Below are positions 29,161-32,000 of a stretch of DNA of 32,000 bases, in pieces. The translations under genes and the position numbers were made by a program. The stretch's first letter is position 1; the number at the start of each line of letters is the position of its first letter. The DNA is taken from assembly GCF_000011805.1 (NCBI RefSeq), contig NC_006840.2. One strand, 5' to 3'. A model generated the notes under the pieces. The model did no database searches. It worked only from the letters and a program-made list of their open reading frames with translations, and was not told the origin of the DNA. Origin of the DNA: Aliivibrio fischeri ES114. GTDB lineage: Bacteria; Pseudomonadota; Gammaproteobacteria; Enterobacterales; Vibrionaceae.

Positions 29161-30426
29161 TTAAGCATTTCTTTTTGCTTTCTTACTAGCCCTGACTTCA
29201 TCAGCTATTGCTTTTAATGTTACTTCTTGATGCTTCAGGATATGCTGCAAATCATTGATAGGTAAAGTATACTGCTTTCTCATTTCCGATTCTTTATGCG
29301 AAGACTTACTTAATACCTCTTCAGACATACACTCATTTAATTTAATTTGAAAATGTAACTCATGGATACTTGCACTATGCATACGTTTTAATCTGTCATC
29401 TATTACAAGAAAGTTAATTTGATTTAACTTCAATATCTCCGAGAATTTATCATCGAACGAAACAAAGAAAGGCAAAAAAAACGAACCTAAAGCCGTAATT
29501 GTTGACATAGTTTCCAACGTTCGCATATGAGAAATGTCCCACGCCATTCCTTTTAGTGCTGTTTCAATATTTTTTGCAACATCGGCTACCGGACCAAAGA
29601 AACGTACACGCTTTGGTTTTTCTAGAAATTGAAGAGCTACAAGCAATTCATATTTTGGCAGTTTACCCAATTGCAACACACAAAAATCTATTAGTTTACG
29701 AAAGACCTCATCTGGTTTAGCTGGATTTTTTAACCACAAAATAGCTAATTCAAACAATATAATCTGAGTAAAAACAGCCTTATACTCTCGATTTTTAACC
29801 TCTTCATTGGTTACAAAACTTTCGTAATCCTCCTCCGACTCTTTTAGCAACTCTTGCTCGTTACACATGAATTTAGGCTTATAAGGATCTTTTTCAAAAC
29901 TTTCCCAGTCTATATGATCAAGTTTTTTAAAAGCTAAAATAGTGTTTAGGGGGCGAAGGTTTTTATTATCTTCACGTGACAACCTTAAATTCTCGAATAA
30001 AAATGGTACTAGATCCGTCTGAAGTGAGTACTCTTTTTTTAGCTTAATTAAAGTAATGATCCTATCTTGATCTTTCTTATTTATATTTTCATGATTCACA
30101 TAAGCTCTCACACGTTCACCAACATTCGAGTCAAAAGAGAAACTCCAATCGATCGGAACTGAAGATTGCCCACCAGTTAAATGACTTTGAAGAGCCGTAG
30201 AGGCAGAATTAAGGAATACCTTAGGTCCAATAAAAAGAGGTGTTATCCAAGGGGCTTTATTTGTTATATCTTCTAAATTAATATGCAAACCAGCTGCATT
30301 AGATGACTCTGTAGATATAACTGTCCGAATGTAAACTGCATCCTGAGGTCGAGAAATATTCTCCAACCTTTCTAAGTCACCATTTACCAGAATTTCATAA
30401 ATTTCATCTACTACAGGTCTTTCCAT
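29161..30426 (-). CDS. ~421-aa protein of unknown function, upstream partner of the AlbA_2 ATPase
   Basis: ORF starting MERPVVDEIYEILVNGDLERLENISRPQDAVYIRTVI with RBS GAGGAAAAT upstream of the ATG at 30426. It is separated from the downstream ATPase gene by only 35 nt. No family was recognised. Confidence 0.75.
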   Translation of the reverse strand: MERPVVDEIYEILVNGDLERLENISRPQDAVYIRTVISTESSNAAGLHINLEDITNKAPWITPLFIGPKVFLNSASTALQSHLTGGQSSVPIDWSFSFDSNVGERVRAYVNHENINKKDQDRIITLIKLKKEYSLQTDLVPFLFENLRLSREDNKNLRPLNTILAFKKLDHIDWESFEKDPYKPKFMCNEQELLKESEEDYESFVTNEEVKNREYKAVFTQIILFELAILWLKNPAKPDEVFRKLIDFCVLQLGKLPKYELLVALQFLEKPKRVRFFGPVADVAKNIETALKGMAWDISHMRTLETMSTITALGSFFLPFFVSFDDKFSEILKLNQINFLVIDDRLKRMHSASIHELHFQIKLNECMSEEVLSKSSHKESEMRKQYTLPINDLQHILKHQEVTLKAIADEVRASKKAKRNA

Positions 30427-30472
30427 ATTTTCCTCAAACTTTGAAACGCTTAACGCTATGTTAAAATGTAAG

Positions 30473-30570
30473 CAACGAAATATCGAAACTCCTGCATACC
30501 ACTTTAAACACAAAACGCAGCGCATATAAAAATGCTACGAGTTGCGAATCACTCATAAAAAATTGTTATA
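30473..30570 (-). repeat. attC site C (VCR/VPR-like)
   Basis: Minus strand: TATAACAATTTTTTATGAGTGATTCGCAACTCGTAGCATTTTTATATGCGCTGCGTTTTGTGTTTAAAGTGGTATGCAGGAGTTTCGATATTTCGTTG. It has the same architecture as site B, and both continue CGTTGyTTACA at the junction. Confidence 0.82.
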
Positions 30571-30594
30571 TTTCTGACTTTACACAGCTTCTTG

Positions 30595-30744
30595 CTATTT
30601 ATGTTTAAAACTTAGCTCATTATTTAGTTTATTTTCCAACGTTTGAACCTGCTTCACCATTGAATCTAGGGTTATCTCAGTTTCCTTAAGCTTCCAGCTA
30701 TTTTCTTCTGGGACACTCCCTTTAATTGCAATACCACTTTCCAT
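30595..30744 (-). CDS. Small 49-aa ORF downstream of the DUF2971-like gene in the same cassette
   Basis: MESGIAIKGSVPEENSWKLKETEITLDSMVKQVQTLENKLNNELSFKHK*. Not in the supplied ORF track. The C-terminal half looks coiled-coil-like. Confidence 0.35.
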   Translation of the reverse strand: MESGIAIKGSVPEENSWKLKETEITLDSMVKQVQTLENKLNNELSFKHK

Positions 30745-30780
30745 CCACTTTATGAGAGTTTTATAGAACCCTAATATGCG

Positions 30781-31452
30781 CTATTGTTTCAGTATGTAAT
30801 CATCTAAATCGTCTGCCATTACCTGAAAAGGTCTGAATGCGTTATATCCTATGTATACAGCGGTGATAGATCCTTTAGGAAAACTATACATTGACATTAG
30901 TCGACCATTGATTAGCTCAGTTTTAAATAAGGAACGCTTCAACTGAAGCTCACCCACAACACGTACTTCTTCTTCGTAAGACCAATCTTGTGACTTGAAA
31001 AGAAATGTTCTTTTCAATATTTCTTCAGTGTTGTTTAGGAACTCACATTGATAAGAACTGGAATCATTATTTGTAGGCTTAGTTCTTGTATAAATCATAT
31101 CTCCTTTTGACGCTGGTATCACAAACTCATCCGAGTTTAATTGTGAAACTATAGAATCAAACTCAATTACAACACCCTCGTATGAGTTTGTATAATGAGC
31201 CCACATTAAAGGGTTTAGCGGTTCTCTTGTTAAAGATAAAACTCTATGATTTACTCTCGCTTTCAATAGGACTTGGCTTATTGTGGTCATAGCAGCACAA
31301 TCCGAATTATGGCTAGATTCCCATAACCCCGTAGCTCTCCCCTCGAAAGGATAATTAAAGTTATCAATTTGATTGAAACCAATTTTTAATGTTTCAATGA
31401 TTTTTTCAGCAGCACTAAATGAAGTGTACTTATATAACCCATTATGTAATTT
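30781..31452 (-). pseudogene. DUF2971-family-like gene with an apparently disrupted start
   Basis: The ORF-track protein from 31290 is extended in frame by conserved-looking LYKYTSFSAAEKIIETLKIGFNQIDNFNYPFEGRATGLWESSHNSDCAAM..., but there is no in-frame ATG/GTG/TTG before the stop at 31453-31455. An ATG (ATGGG|TTATATAAG) one base out of frame sits exactly where the start is expected. REPLNPLMWAHYTNSYEGVVIEFD is DUF2971-like. Confidence 0.6.
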
Positions 31453-31810
31453 CTACGTTTGAACTTTAGTGAAATATAACACTCTCTCTACGACAAAATG
31501 TCTTTTAGTTCCCTACCACATTTGTCGCTAGCTATTCTATTAAGGCATCTCGCCTTTTTCTAGGACTCAAACAAATCAACACTATAAGCTCGTCGGTCGA
31601 TATAGTTCGCTGCTTTCATACTTTGCGACAACCTGTCGCTTTGTGCTGTTAGCTCAAACTCTTCTTGCGCACATCATACCCTTTAATGGGTAGATTTCAT
31701 TTCCTTTTTTCTTGTTTTGCTTATAAGTTCTAATTTTTCATTAAATCCTAACTTATTGATAATATTAACTATAGATAGAAATATTTCTCTTTTACCAATC
31801 ATCAGACACA

Positions 31811-31838
31811 AAAAAACCGAGCAAGTTACCCTGCTCGG
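31811..31838 (-). terminator. Intrinsic terminator of the cytochrome b gene (copy 2 of the repeated element)
   Basis: CCGAGCA (31817-31823) pairs with TGCTCGG (31832-31838). The T-tract on the minus strand corresponds to A's at 31811-31816. Confidence 0.85.
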
Positions 31839-31874
31839 CTTTTGAATTTATGACAATAAAAGTGATTAACTTAT

Positions 31875-32000
31875 TTAGTCTACTTTCTTATCTTGTGGTT
31901 GGTTTTCAGGAAGGTCTTTCACTTCGTGATACCATAAGTCATGGTGCTCTTTTGCCCATGTCTCATCAACATCACCGGTTACCATGCCATCTAGACCCGC
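31875..32000 (-). CDS. C-terminus of a formate dehydrogenase-like cytochrome b (gamma) subunit, partial
   Basis: AGLDGMVTGDVDETWAKEHHDLWYHEVKDLPENQPQDKKVD* resembles the cytoplasmic tail (VxxxWAxxHHxxWYxE) of FdoI/FdnI-type cytochromes. Confidence 0.65.
   Translation of the reverse strand, partial: AGLDGMVTGDVDETWAKEHHDLWYHEVKDLPENQPQDKKVD

Noticed and set aside
31590-31660. Possible fourth attC near GCGACAACCTGTCGC and CTGTTAGC
   Set aside because: It lacks the CGCAACGC...GCGTTGCG core and the CGTTG box shared by the other sites. Kept only as a small inverted-repeat observation.
1-32000. CRISPR array, prophage, transposon or integrase
   Set aside because: No regularly spaced direct repeats, terminase/capsid genes, transposase or tyrosine recombinase motifs were found in any listed ORF.

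Overview
This is a low-GC gammaproteobacterial window, most likely Vibrionaceae. The genus was not determined; Aliivibrio/Photobacterium-like is a guess from gene content. From 1 to about 27000 it is mostly ordinary chromosomal and accessory genes: a LysR fragment, a NupC-type nucleoside transporter, an ABM monooxygenase, a Qnr-type pentapeptide protein, two hexapeptide O-acetyltransferases, a PACE-type small membrane protein, several GNATs, a Slt-type lytic transglycosylase, a chitin-oligosaccharide deacetylase with a chitin-binding module, a MATE exporter with a divergent LysR regulator, a nucleotidyltransferase, an HD hydrolase, a LysE/RhtB exporter, a ChbG-family deacetylase, PhnA, a subtilisin-like protease, and a TPR-diguanylate cyclase. 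The most interesting part is about 27096-31452 on the minus strand. Three VCR/VPR-like attC recombination sites sit there with no integron integrase in the window, so it looks like a small CALIN-type cassette cluster. The cassettes carry: (1) a HigA-2-like antitoxin with only a remnant of its HigB toxin gene; (2) an unusual ~2.8 kb two-gene cassette encoding a ~421-aa protein of unknown family plus an AlbA_2/Schlafen-like ATP-binding protein with a GHKL-like region, a candidate undescribed defence system; (3) a DUF2971-like gene whose start appears disrupted, plus a 49-aa ORF. The window ends in the C-terminus of a formate-dehydrogenase-like cytochrome b subunit. No tRNA, rRNA, CRISPR array, transposase or integrase was seen. 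All family assignments come from motif recognition and memory, not database searches.
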